Part shown: positions 1-12,032 of the stretch, in pieces | Layout: the number at the start of each line of letters is the position of its first letter | How positions within the stretch are numbered: position 1 is the first letter of the stretch | From: Yuukianura sp. NJ FZ-2021 | Lineage: Eukaryota | Length of the DNA: 64,000 bases | NCBI GenBank assembly: GCA_046563655.1 | Contig: CM102284.1 | Coordinates: 4,836,001 to 4,900,000 of the forward strand | Reading direction: 5' to 3' | The notes under the pieces: model-generated | Told to the model about the DNA's origin: nothing | What the model saw: the letters and a program-made list of their open reading frames with translations, nothing else | Databases searched by the model: none | Program-made: the position numbers and the translations under genes

Positions 1-378
1 AATGTAGCCGAGCTAATTGCGCATGGCAAGCAAATTGTGGGCGATCTCAATCGGACTAGACGTTTTGAAAACAAGCCTTTGATTCGTGCGACAGCTTCTG
101 ACGATTTTTCCGATTTCAATCAAAGACTCAAGGACAGAGCAGCAGCACGTCAACCGTCTAGAGCGGCTTACATTCCCAGGGAATCGTTTCAACCGCAGCC
201 TATTGGGCCTATTTCAGTCCCACCCGAAAATTCTGGGGCAAGTCAATTCTTTCCAAAGCAAGACTCGGAGGCTCAAACAGCTCCAATTTTTTCTGCTATG
301 ACTCCAAAACAACCGGAAATTTCCTATTCGCGCCCAGACCGCGCTCCTAATATTCCGCCAAACTCCGACGGAAGGTAG
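1..378 (+). CDS. gag: Gag C-terminal part (partial, frame open from base 1)
   Basis: Frame 1 is open from 1 to TAG 376-378, has a Pro/Ser-rich tail and overlaps the pol frame, which opens after TAA 348-350. Confidence 0.75.
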   Translation, partial: NVAELIAHGKQIVGDLNRTRRFENKPLIRATASDDFSDFNQRLKDRAAARQPSRAAYIPRESFQPQPIGPISVPPENSGASQFFPKQDSEAQTAPIFSAMTPKQPEISYSRPDRAPNIPPNSDGR

Positions 379-3300
379 GACGGGAGCTCCCTATCCTTCC
401 GAAATCGGATTTTTCCAAAGCAGCTCCCACAATCAAAATCAAAATTCGGAATTCCTTTTATTTTGCTCATTTGGATTCGCTATCAACTTATTCGCACATT
501 TCCGCTTCTTTAGCAAAAGAACTCGGAATGATCATTCACAAAGGGCAAATTCAACTAACGATTGGTGACTCAAGTACAATCAGTACTTCCGGAACAGGAG
601 AGTTACATTTCAAAATTTATACGGACGATTACATTCACACAGTCCACATTCTCCAGTCTCCGCCTTTTCCAATTATTCTCGGACTTGACTTTATTCGGAA
701 ATATCATTTGGTCCCGGATTTTCATGACGGTACATTTTCTATTCTCGGAACTAAAACAAGAGGTCGACTCGAATACTATTTTCAAAACCGTGAGTACTTA
801 TGTGCATTGCTCGGTCTCAGTGACGCGCAAACTGAGGAACTGAAGCATTTGACCGATAGTTTTCCAGCACTTTTCTCTTCTCAGTTAGGCCAAACTGATT
901 GGGTGAAGTGTGAGTTGACACCGTCTCCCGGACCTCCTATTTCCTCTAAACCCTATCCTGTTAGTCCTTTCAAGCGACAGCTCATTTCAGACAACATTTC
1001 GGAAATGTTGAAATTGGGCGTCATTGAACCCTCTGATTCTGAGTGGGCCTCCCCTGTATATATGCACACTCGTGACAAAGGTCAGTCATGGAGATTTACT
1101 TTGGATTTACGGAAAGTAAATGCTCGGCTACCTCATGATCCTTTTCCTATTCCTAGATTAGATTATTTATTTCATAACTTAGGTCAAGCTAAATTTCTTT
1201 CGGTGATTGATCTTAAGAAGGGCTACTGGCAAGTGGCCATGGACCCACAGAGCGCAAAGTACACCGCTTTCATTTGTCATGAGGGTAAATTTCAATTTAC
1301 GCGCATGCCCTTTGGTTTAAAGTCGGCCCCTTCTTTATTTCAACGCCTTGTAAATAAAATTTTAGGCACAGCGCGAGGACGCTTTGCTGACGGTTACATA
1401 GACGATATAATCGTCTATTCTAGTTCCTGGAAGGAACATTTAGAGCATCTCAAATACGTTTTTGAGAGATTAAATGCGGCTGGTCTCACTGTAAATATGC
1501 AGAAATGTGAGTTCGGTAAAACTACCCTCAAGTACTTAGGGTACATTGTTTCTCCAAATGGAATTGAGAGAGATCCGGATAAGATTTCCGCTGTTTCTGA
1601 TTTTCCCAGGCCGACGACACCCAAACAAGTTCGTCAGTTTTTAGGTCTTTGTTCTTGGTATCGACAGTTTGTCGAAAAATTTTCGGAGCTCAGCGAGCCC
1701 CTGAACCGGTTATTACATAAGGATGTTCCTTTTGTTTGGTCAGACGACCAGGAATCTGCATTTTTAAGGCTCAGAGCAGCCATTTGTTCGGATGATTTGG
1801 TTTTGGCTTTCCCGGATTTTTCCAAAGAGTTTATTATTCGGACGGACGCGTCACGAGTTGGAGTATCCGCGGTTTTAGCCCAAGAAATTAACGGATTTGA
1901 GAGACCCATTGCATTTGCGAGCCGCTCTTTAAATAACGCTGAGAAGAATTACGGTTCCAGCGAAATTGAATGTGTCGGTATTTTATTTGCTTTAAAGAAA
2001 TTTGAACATTACATTGACGGTCAAAGATTTCGGCTTGAGACCGACAACAAAGCTTTGGTTTGGTTGGACAAAATGAAAGACGTAAACAGCAAGTTTACTC
2101 GTTGGGCCCTTCGTATTCAAGATTTTCAGCCCATTATTACGCATTGTCCTGGCAAACTTAACGTTGTTGCTGATGCCCTGTCACGTGCTCCCGTGGGAGA
2201 AAGTGAGGATTGTGAAGATCACCGCGAAAAATTAAATTTTCCATTAAATTGTTCTTCACCCGCCATTTTTCTTTCATTGACGCGCGAAATTTCATTGGAG
2301 ACGCTCAAAGAAGAGCAAAGTAAAGATTTAGAAGTCCAAGCACTGCTTACGGACACTGGAAAGGATTTCGTAGTCGACGACGGAATTCTTTACCGTTTGG
2401 GGAAATACTCCGGAAAGCTTCCCTTCATTCCATCATCTTTACGTTCTCAAGTTTTGAGCTATTTCCATGATAGACCGGAAGCAGGTCACATGGGCTTTCG
2501 TAAAACGCTGTACCGTCTTTTGCGTCGCGTCTTTTGGTTCGGAATGCACGAAGACATTTACAAATTTGTTCAGTCTTGCGACATTTGTCAGCGGATTAAA
2601 AATCCTACTTCTAAACCGGTTGGTCAACTTCAAAGTGTTCAAACCAGAGGTCCTTGGGACATGCTGGCTCTAGATCTGATTGGTCCCCTTACGAAAACTC
2701 AACGTCAAAATACTTTCTTGCTCGTTGTCACTGATCATTTTACAAAATGGGTAGAATTATTCCCAATTCGAGAAGCTACGGCTCCTATGATCATTAAAAA
2801 AGTCGAGCAAGAAATTTTCTGTCGTTTCGGCCGTCCTAGAGCCTTGCTAAGCGATAACGGTTCTCAATTTACTTCGGAGTTATTCAAAAAGCTTTGCAAA
2901 ACATGGAATGTCAAATTGAAGTACACCACTACTTATCATCCCCAGGCAAATATCACTGAGCGCGTAAATCGTAACGTCATTGCTATTCTTCGCGCCTACG
3001 TCGCGAGAAAACACAGCAAATGGGATGAAAATTTACCGGAAGTCGCCATGGCTTTACGCACTGCTATTTCGGATTCTACCGGTTTTAGTCCTTCTATGCT
3101 CAATTTTGGTCGTGAACTTTCGACTCCCTTTGATTTAGCGCTAGACGACTCTGACAGCGATGATTTTGCTGAGTGGACGCAGTACCAACTCACGTTGATT
3201 GAACGGCTTTTTAAAGTTTACCGTTTGGCTAGAGAGAACATAGAAAAAGCGCAAGCGTCGCAGGCTAAATACTACAACAAGCACCGTCGTTCTGATGCGT

Positions 3301-3614
3301 TTCAAATTGGCGATTTGGTACTTTTGCGTACTCATGAGAAGTCTGACAAAGCCAAGGGTTACATGAAAAAGTTCGCATTTAAGTGGGAAGGCCCTTACAT
3401 GGTTTTTGAAAAGGTTACGGATTTAGTTTATGGCCTGAAATTTTGCGATTCTGACGAGGAAATTGGTCGTCATAACATTGTGAATCTAAAACGCTACTTT
3501 TCAAGGCCAGGAACAGTCATTTCAGCGCCTTTGCCGCCTTCTAAGATCCCTAAATCAAAGCCTGAGCCTGTCATTAGCAATTACAATCTGCGCAGTCGTG
3601 GTACACTCAATTGA
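351..3614 (+). CDS. pol: Pol polyprotein (aspartic protease, RT, RNase H, integrase), probably reached by -1 frameshift
   Basis: Protease region (HLDSLST...IILGLDF), RT YIDD, RNase H TDAS, integrase HHCC (H..GHMG..CDIC), DDE core (LDL..SDNG..ER) and GPY/F motif (WEGPY). No stops or frameshifts. Confidence 0.95.
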   Translation, partial: YSAKLRRKVGRELPILPKSDFSKAAPTIKIKIRNSFYFAHLDSLSTYSHISASLAKELGMIIHKGQIQLTIGDSSTISTSGTGELHFKIYTDDYIHTVHILQSPPFPIILGLDFIRKYHLVPDFHDGTFSILGTKTRGRLEYYFQNREYLCALLGLSDAQTEELKHLTDSFPALFSSQLGQTDWVKCELTPSPGPPISSKPYPVSPFKRQLISDNISEMLKLGVIEPSDSEWASPVYMHTRDKGQSWRFTLDLRKVNARLPHDPFPIPRLDYLFHNLGQAKFLSVIDLKKGYWQVAMDPQSAKYTAFICHEGKFQFTRMPFGLKSAPSLFQRLVNKILGTARGRFADGYIDDIIVYSSSWKEHLEHLKYVFERLNAAGLTVNMQKCEFGKTTLKYLGYIVSPNGIERDPDKISAVSDFPRPTTPKQVRQFLGLCSWYRQFVEKFSELSEPLNRLLHKDVPFVWSDDQESAFLRLRAAICSDDLVLAFPDFSKEFIIRTDASRVGVSAVLAQEINGFERPIAFASRSLNNAEKNYGSSEIECVGILFALKKFEHYIDGQRFRLETDNKALVWLDKMKDVNSKFTRWALRIQDFQPIITHCPGKLNVVADALSRAPVGESEDCEDHREKLNFPLNCSSPAIFLSLTREISLETLKEEQSKDLEVQALLTDTGKDFVVDDGILYRLGKYSGKLPFIPSSLRSQVLSYFHDRPEAGHMGFRKTLYRLLRRVFWFGMHEDIYKFVQSCDICQRIKNPTSKPVGQLQSVQTRGPWDMLALDLIGPLTKTQRQNTFLLVVTDHFTKWVELFPIREATAPMIIKKVEQEIFCRFGRPRALLSDNGSQFTSELFKKLCKTWNVKLKYTTTYHPQANITERVNRNVIAILRAYVARKHSKWDENLPEVAMALRTAISDSTGFSPSMLNFGRELSTPFDLALDDSDSDDFAEWTQYQLTLIERLFKVYRLARENIEKAQASQAKYYNKHRRSDAFQIGDLVLLRTHEKSDKAKGYMKKFAFKWEGPYMVFEKVTDLVYGLKFCDSDEEIGRHNIVNLKRYFSRPGTVISAPLPPSKIPKSKPEPVISNYNLRSRGTLN

Positions 3615-4220
3615 TTTCCGTTTTTCTTCTTTTGTTTCCAGCCAAGCAATTCCTGAACCGGCTCCTTTCTAAATCAAAAACAAAAAATTGCCAAATTCCA
3701 AGCGCTCGGACGCGGAAAATGCTCATTTTAAACCCAAACTCTGTTGGAAATGCTCCGTTTCGCATCCATACCAATTTTCAAAAACCAAAACCGAAGTTTC
3801 GGTACACCAAACAGCCTTCAAAGCGACGATCTTTTGTGCTACTAAATGTTAGTTAAGCTGGGGCTAGAGCCCCGTAGCTAAGTGCCTTCAGCACCATTTT
3901 CCTAGTTCACTTTAGTTTTTTTGCACATTTTCATTCATTTTGCCATTGTTTATTGTTTAATTCATTAATTTTTGTCAGTTTTTGTTTATAGTCGATTCCA
4001 ATTCTTTAGTTCATTTTTTGTAGTTTGCTAAGTTTTTGTTTATTTCATTCATTCGTCATTTTCCTTTTTGTTTATAGTGTATCCCACTAAGTTTAGTTTC
4101 TTTTTAGTTTTGCCAATTTTTTGCTCATTGTAGAGTTAGTTTTTGTTTAGTTGCAAATTTTGTGTGTAGATTTTAGAGCTAAGTATAGCCCTCGTCCAAC
4201 CCCTGGAGCAACGCTTCATG

Positions 4221-4232
4221 GCGAGGAGGGGG
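4221..4232 (+). other. Polypurine tract
   Basis: GCGAGGAGGGGG directly abuts the TG start of the LTR. Confidence 0.85.
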
Positions 4233-4794
4233 TGATATGAGGTCATGGACCTCATCGGAGAACAATTAGTCAATTAGTTAAGTTAAATTAAGTAGGGCGA
4301 ATGCCCATAAGTGGTTGTCCCCGGTCTCCCTCCCTTTTTGTGTCAGCAGAGCCGACAGAAGAACTCAAGCAGACTCTCTCTCCAACTGCCATGCCGTTAG
4401 CAGCTCCTCCAGACAGCTCCGCCAATGTCAACCGCCTGATCGCCAGCAGAGAGGTCAACAGGTCAGATCAGCCGTCGGCCAGTGATTGGCCTATGACCAG
4501 TGATTGGTCTGCCAGTGATTGGCATTGTTTTAGCCAGTGATTGGCTTTGGTTTGGCCAGTGATTGGCCGGGAGCCTGTGATAGGCTTTTCCCTTCCCCCG
4601 GATCGGCGTTTGGTTAGTGTATGGCCCTTCAGGCCCTTTCGTTTAGCCCAAAGGGCTTAGTTAGTTGTTAGTATTTTGAGAGAGCTACGATTCAATAAAT
4701 CGTAGCCCAAGAGATCGGTTTTTGCTCGTTTTTGTTTCATTTATTCATTGTGGGATTGAGCAGTGCGGAGAGGCACTGCTCAAGCCTCATAACA
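4233..4794 (+). repeat. 3' LTR (562 bp)
   Basis: Starts TGATATGAGG and ends CCTCATAACA (9/10 inverted termini), follows the PPT and contains AATAAA at 4694-4699. Confidence 0.85.
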
Positions 4795-7048
4795 GATAGT
4801 CCACAAAGTCTGAACTCTTGCTCACCAAAAGACAAAGAAGAGGAGGTTGACCCCTTCTGGCATAAAAATGACTTAAGAGGTCACAAGAGAAAACTTGAGT
4901 TTTTCATTTAAAAACTATTTTTATACGAAAAAAGTAAGAAAAATGGCATCGTTTAGGTACTTTTCAGTCTAAAAGTCAAAATATACATCATTTCCCGCTG
5001 TGCTTCCGATTCTTTTCTTTTTAAATTAGACATTTTGCTAACCAGGGGGGAGCAAAAGTAAAAAAAATGCAAAGGGGGAAAACGCTTGAAGTTTGTGCAT
5101 TTGTCAATGTCCCTTCAAGTAAATTTCTGGAAAAGAAAGTTGGAGAAAGCTAAAGGGAGAGTTATGTAGGCTAGAGCATATGGGCATGTCACGTTTCATG
5201 CTAATTAACTTTCTCCGGTGCCGTTAGCCTTGCGTTTAAATTCCTTCAAAAAAAATAATCTGACATGGGATATTAATTTTCTGGATGCAACGGAGCCTTA
5301 TGCAATGAAACAAAACAAGAAATTTCTTAAAACGCAAACTTCCTCTTGTTATTTCAAATAAATGATACGTGAGTAGCTTTGTTTAATAGAATTTTTGTGC
5401 TTTTGAGTATGTAATTTCGTGAAAAATTGAGGTCTACATGACCTTTGTGACCTTTCGTTTTTTCTTTGAGTTCCAGAATGTCTTTTGGTCTCTTCACCTT
5501 CTTTTTTGCGTTCTAACAAAAAATCTTTAGAAACGGAACGACGGAAGACGAACTCAATAATCGACTCTTTTCACTTTCACTTTCAGACACTTTCACTTCC
5601 CATTTCGTCACATCCTCCCACATTCAATACTTTACTGACTTCCAAAACATTTCAAAAGTGAAAGTAGAAAATTTCAAACACAAAATTTTCAATCTACTAC
5701 AAAAAAAATCGACTCCATATAGAATAGCTAAGTCAAAAATCGACTTCATCTTGGATCTTGAGAATTTTCGAAGAAATTGTGAGAGAAATGTGACCGAAAA
5801 TGTGCCATAACCTAGTACTAAAATTTCAAAAAATTCTAAAACTTTCTTTTCATATTCTAAAAAACTGGGTAATGTTTTTGGTATAAATAGGACAAACTTT
5901 TTTCTTTTCATTTTTTGCATTTTCCTCCCCTTCCTCTATGCAATTCAAATGCTAATGAAGAGGAGATGGTGAAGTGATCGCTCTATTTCTGGTTAGAAAA
6001 TGAACAAAAGAAGGAAGACGATGGAGAAGAAAAAACGAGGAAATTATCATCATAAAGACTTTCTCCAAGGAGAAAGCAGTTGAGCCACCGACGGCGGCGG
6101 GGCCACGACCCGCCACCAAACTTTGTTTTGAAAAGTGCGGACTTTGTGCTCAACTTTCTCCTTTGAGATTCTAATACTTCTTCAACGATCCAAAAGTTTG
6201 ACGCAACTTTCACGTTCTACCGTTTCACGTCTTTTTGAATTGGAAATGGGATGGTTTATAGTTAGTAGAACTGGAAGGAGTTTCACAGGAAGAATGGACG
6301 TATTAAGGACAGTTGAACATTGAAAAGACAATGGAGCTGGAGCTTGGGTGCGGCAAACCACAACTTTTGTGTCTGTTTGATACCGCACACGGGAGTCTAT
6401 AGGCACTTTGAGAAACGCGTTAAGGTAGGAAGAAATTTCGTCTAAAAACTATTTCCCCAAAGGGAATCGGTCTAATTAAAAACTTTTCCTTTTGCGGGAA
6501 CTTTTGATTTGACTCAAAATCTGACAAAGACAAAAGAAATGGATATGACAAAGTTGGGAACTGGCAGAGGAAGAAAGTTCTCCAATTATTCCACTCTAGC
6601 GCGTTTTCTATTTGAAGAAAAACTCTCAAAGTTTTCAAAAAAAAATTAAAGTTTGATTTTTTTCGGTGAATTTTGAAAAGAATCAATTAGGAAGCGAGTG
6701 AAGTGGAAAGAGAAAGTGAGATTTTTTAATTTTGACGCTACTATTGTTTTAACCGCGAGATCCTAAGGTCGTTGACCTCAATTTTCCATCGCTCTATGCA
6801 TCGTAAAAATAAAAATTTCCAATTCAATTTTTACTACCCATTGACTTCTCTTTTAATCACTTGTTCACGACTTAACAATTTCTAAATTTAGAAAACCGAA
6901 ATAAAATTTCAGTTTTAATACTTAGCCTTCACCAGTTTACTAAAAATTTGTGAAAGCTTTTAAAATTTCTTGGGTAAACCATCTGCAGTGTGCTGAAAAA
7001 TTTATAGTCTAGAAAATTTTGAATCTGAGTTTTTTCTTTTTGTGGAAG

Positions 7049-8712
7049 ATGGAAAAGGATCTGAAATCAGTTTATTCTGAAATTTTGAAAACGAATGGAA
7101 TTGACAAAGAAATTTTGGAAATTGAAATTTCTGAGCCCGATGAAATTAAGGGTGAGCATTTTGGGAGTAAGTGTGCCTATGTCAAGGTCATTTTCAATGA
7201 CCCTGCAGAGGTCAGTCTCCATTTGTTCGTAAAAGAACCAATAAAAATGCCAAACGCAGCACATACAGACAGATTTGTAAAAGTGATGGTGAAAGAAGGT
7301 ACTTTCCTCACGGAAATTGTGAATCGATTGAACCAATTTTCACAGGAACATGCGGGGTATGATTTTCAATTTTTTAAAAGTTTTCAAAAACTATATTTCA
7401 CACTTTACAATTTTGAAAAAGTGATGCAATGATGGACGGTATGTTTCCAAAAATGCTGTACGCTGGGTCAGACAGGATTGTTATGGAAAACTTGACGTTT
7501 CGAGGTTACCAAATGATTGACAAATTGGTTGGTCAAGATCTGAATCAGGCCAAGTGAATTACACATAACATTTATACACAGAATTTGTGTTTACAAATTA
7601 ACATGTACAAAATAGTTGTGTGACAAGTTGTCATTGATGATTTTGTGTTTAGGCTAGTGTTGACCACTTTGGCCAAATTGCACAGCGTTTCGTATGGTTT
7701 GATTCAAGAATGCGGAGGAGTAATAGCCTTGTTGGAGAAATTTCCGGAGTTGACCGAAGTCGTGTTTCATGACGAAACGAAGGCAATTATGGCGGAAATG
7801 TTCGAAGGAACGTTCATCCTGCTTCAGAAAATTATACAGGTGACATGTCCAAAAAATTTTTTTTAAAAATTCTTTTTTGAATTAACACTTTCTGAAACTT
7901 TCTGTCGAAGTAGACCTCAAATGTTGACGGAAAAGCGGGAGCAGTCAAATTTTTAGAACCGTATTGCGGTTTAGTGATGAAAAAAATGCAACAGAATTTG
8001 GAAAAAGAAAGCATCCTACTCTGCATAAATCATGGAGATTGCTGGTAACTTTGTTCTTTGTTTTAAAACTAACCCCTTGGACTACAAGAATGTTTTAAAA
8101 AAGTTGAATTGCGTTAATTTTTGTTTGAATTGGACATTGCAGGAACAACAACATGATGTTTTCAAAGCAATTGGACCAAGTGACCTTGCTTGACCTCCAA
8201 GTGAACAGAATTGCTTCACCATGCTCTGACATTGGGTACTTCCTGTTCAGTAGTGTTAAGCTCGAAGTGCTAGAACAATGGAAACAACTTCTGGAATTCT
8301 ACTACGAACAGTTCAAGATCATCAATTTAGCCTTGGGTCAACCCGTGACGTTCAGTTTTGAGGTTAATTTTAATCTAACCTAACGAAAAAACAAAAATTT
8401 TGTCGTCGAATGCATCAAAAAAAAATTCTCTCTTTAAAAAATTCAGAAATTTTGCAACTTTCTTCGATGTTTCAGGAACTGCTGAAGGACTTTGCCTTAA
8501 AATGCGAATTTGGATTTCTGTTTAGCCTGTTCTTTTCTATGGCTGGCCTTGGAATGAAAAATCAAGAAGCTGGTTCTGAAATATTTGAAACTGGACACTT
8601 CGAAGGCATTATTACGGCTTACATTGAACAAAATCAAGAGAAAGTTTCAGAGCTCGTTCAACGCGTGATCAAAATGATCAACATTTTCCATGAAATTCAA
8701 ACTTACTGTTAA
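7049..8712 (+). CDS. Ecdysteroid kinase-like (EcKL/CHK family) protein, ~6 exons
   Basis: GEHFGS N-lobe motif, LFVK, IVMENL..RGYQM, LAKLHS, spliced HGDCW|NNNMMF and LLDLQ...SPCSDIGYFL motifs; GT-AG introns join the frames. Confidence 0.9.
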
Positions 8713-11700
8713 ATTTTTTACAAAATCACAGAAGTTAAAAAAAATCTGAATAACAAACTATACCGATTAACTTAATTTTGAAGCTTTTACTGCAGTTCAG
8801 GCTTACATATGCTAATTCACCTGCTACGCAAAATTTGAGTCTCCTGTTTTGAAACTACTTTTGCACAGTTAAAACTTAGGTACGGCTATGAAATTTTGAA
8901 ACGTGGGACCAAACTGGAATTTTAGTTTTCGCTATTCATAATTCATAAACCTGTTTCCATTGTTTTGTCTAAATTCTGTAACTCCCAGTTGTCTTCCTAT
9001 TGTTTCCAGACATGTTATTCCAGGACTTTCCCGGGTGAAAGCCATGAGAGTACACAGTTCACATGACGGAAGGAACAACTTTACTTATGCCTTCTATTCA
9101 TCAAACTAATTAGCAAACTTTAAAGCTCTACCTTCCAGAAGAAGCTGATGCTAAACATAACAACAGTATCCCAGCAACTCACAATTTCTAAATACTTTAG
9201 CTCAGACAATACTTAAACAACATTTTCCAGCTATAGCCATTAACCTTTGACCCTGCTTTGGCCAATTTCCATTCTCTTGTTTCCACAGTTGCAATCAATC
9301 CTGGTTCATCTCCTGCCCAAAAACACATTTCACAAAGATTAAACAATTCCGTAAGTTTATGCTGCTGGTGAAACCTGCATTTTTTCAAGAAAATGAAAAA
9401 ACGTGAGAGAAAGCGTGTTGTGAAAATGAAAATTTTCTTAGTGAGAAGTCGGAAGGCGTGCGTAGAGTACAAACGACCGGAAAAAAGTTCTGAGAAGAAG
9501 CAAACAGCCTCATTTCATTTGATCATCTTCCTAAAGTAATTCATTCTGAAGCATTTCCTTCTTTATTTCTGCAAACGAAAAAAGCTGTTCCAGCGCCTTT
9601 TCTTCCAGTATTAAACCAACTACCACTTTCACCCGTTTTGCCTTTACGAGAAAGAATTCTAATCCGATAAATTTTCTAAAAGTTATCTGAAAAGTCAATA
9701 TGTTCTGGAATTTTGAAAAACAAAATTTGACCTTTGATCTGACATTAAACATTTAAAAACAAAATTAAAAGGCCATCGATTCAACGTAAACTTTAAGTTG
9801 TGAGAAGCGTCAGAAGTTGCAGAGTTTTAGTAAGAAAAAAAATTCCGAAATCCGAAACTTTCGTATCTTGTTAGTGCGAAAGTTCGGAATGTTCGGAACG
9901 ATTCGGATTGTTACGGAGTACTTTCTATATGTTCCAAGTCCCATTTGGTATTGAGGTCAATTTGACCTCTCCAGGTGACCTTCTTGAAACTTTCAGAAAC
10001 ACTCGACTAACTCAAGGCAGCGTACAGTTGGACTTTGAGTGAAGTATTTTGGTTTGACTTGGAAGTGACATGGGAAGTATTAGGATGAAAGTCGAGGAGG
10101 CTTCAGACTCCAGAAAATGACAGTGATGAATTCTGACGCTCAATTTTCCTCCAGTGTACTGCACAAAACATACTTCGCCCAGTTCCATCTGCTTTCCCCA
10201 GTGCCAAAACAGCTCAAAAATAAATGAATTTGCTCCAACCTTACACCGAAATCCTCTCAAACTTACTTTCCCCCCTGCTAGCACGCTGTTATCAATTAGT
10301 AAAATCTGGAAAACTAAAACTACGGCTTCCAAAGCAGTAGTGACTGTTGGTCACTAATAAAAACAGTTGGGAGAGGTCTGACAGCAGTGTCGGAAAGTGT
10401 TTGACTCGACAGCCTAATGAAGAGCTCATCCTTTGAAGCTCTTGCTGGACACTCGCCTTTGCAAATCCAGGTCAAAAGGAAACAAAAAGCCTTGTGATAC
10501 AAAATTCTACTCCAATTCACCATTTCGTGGAACACGCACAGAAAACAGACTAGTAACAAAATTAATTACCATACGAAATCAGTGTTCTCATTCCCAAAGA
10601 GTATTTCGAAATCGAAACTCTGCTATGAATCAATCGTTGCTTGTCAACGCAAGCAACTTGGAATTTGAATTACATGGAAGTGTAATTTCAAAAATTTTGG
10701 CAACAAAAAAGGCATGGCTTAACTTCTGCTTTATTAAACAATTCTTTCTAAATTGTCGAATTTGTTAAATTTTTGAGCAGGAAAGCCAAAAATATACAAA
10801 ATTGCTAAAAATTGATTTTTCGAAATTTGTCAATCATCACCTGAAGGAATTCCGAAAATTTGGATTTTGAGCACCCAGAACATCACTACCACTTTTGAAA
10901 AAGTCATGTTTTCAGAAGCTGGTGGTCTTTTTTCAAAAATGTTATTCTAAAATTTGTAACCTTATTGCAGGTTCGTCTCGATTTGGAAGTTCTGTTGAAG
11001 ATTGCATGGCTATGCACTGCTTGCTTGAACTGAAAACAAGTTGAAACTGAAAAGTTTAGAATTTTTTAAAATTCTAAATGTTCAAAATGTTTTTCTAAGT
11101 TTAGTCTACCACTACTACTATTGGACAAAAAATTGTGAGTTTCTGAAAATCGTTCCTAATGTCTTGTGTATTTTCACTCTGCTAGTGTGAACGCCCACTT
11201 TCACTTGTGTGCTTTGCTCTCACCAGCCAAATTCGGACTGAACTTTACAGAATGAAAGTTCTTCCGGAAAATGTGGATCTTGGGCGCTGGAGCTCTGGAT
11301 CTGCCTCTGGGAAGCACTCATCCTCATCTCATGTGATCCTGCTCCTTCCCAACTGCTTGCTCTAGTACAGTTAGGTTAGCTTTCACCGTCCATGGCCATC
11401 CGTGGTCTCCAAAAATTCCAAACTGTTCCACAGGAATGAAGCTACAAGTCCAGTGGTTCCATTTTTTTCCATTTCTGGGTTCACAAAATGAAAAACTTAG
11501 TGTTTCTGGAGCTCAGAACGATATGGGCTGGAGGTGATCGGAAATGGAATTCTTCCATGGACTGAACACAAGTAGACATCAGCTAACACTGACCGCTGGA
11601 GCTTACTATGGAGCTGATGTTAGCGAACTGCGGTGACAGAGAAAGAAGAAGGATGGTGGGTTAATGGTGAAAGTTGGGCTCATATTTACCAATAATTCCA

Positions 11701-12032
11701 TTACTTTGCCCTCATCCTCTGCTTGAGAGTCTTCTGCTGAAGGAATCCTGGGAAAGGAGAAAGTTGGAGAAGACACCAGGAACAAAATGAATTGTGGAAG
11801 AGAAAGACAATGGAATTGGATAATACTTTTAGTCCAAAGTTGTGGAAGGAGTCTCTTGCACCACTGGAATTAGCTAATTAGTCCATAACTTACGCACTTC
11901 CTCCCTCCTTCCGCCTTTCTCTATTTATTTATTTTGTTAACTTTCTCCACGAAATGATTTTCCCATTAGACCAAACTTTTTCAATGACACGTGACCTTAC
12001 CCTTATAGCAAAAAGAAAGTTTCATCAGTTTC

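Larger units (their letters stand above)
1..4794 (+). mobile_element. Ty3/Gypsy LTR retrotransposon (3' part; 5' end lies outside the window)
   Basis: gag-like ORF end, pol with PR-RT-RNaseH-IN order, polypurine tract and a TG...CA LTR; no env ORF seen. Confidence 0.96.

Noticed and set aside
3611-3856. ORF after pol as a possible env
   Set aside because: Only 81 aa, non-ATG start, no envelope features.
4479-4584. Short direct repeats with variable spacers resembling a CRISPR array
   Set aside because: The repeats are 11 bp with 4-11 bp spacers inside a eukaryotic LTR, and there are no cas genes.
9000-11900. Exon-like minus-strand blocks and short ORFs
   Set aside because: Could not build a coherent reading frame or recognise any domain.
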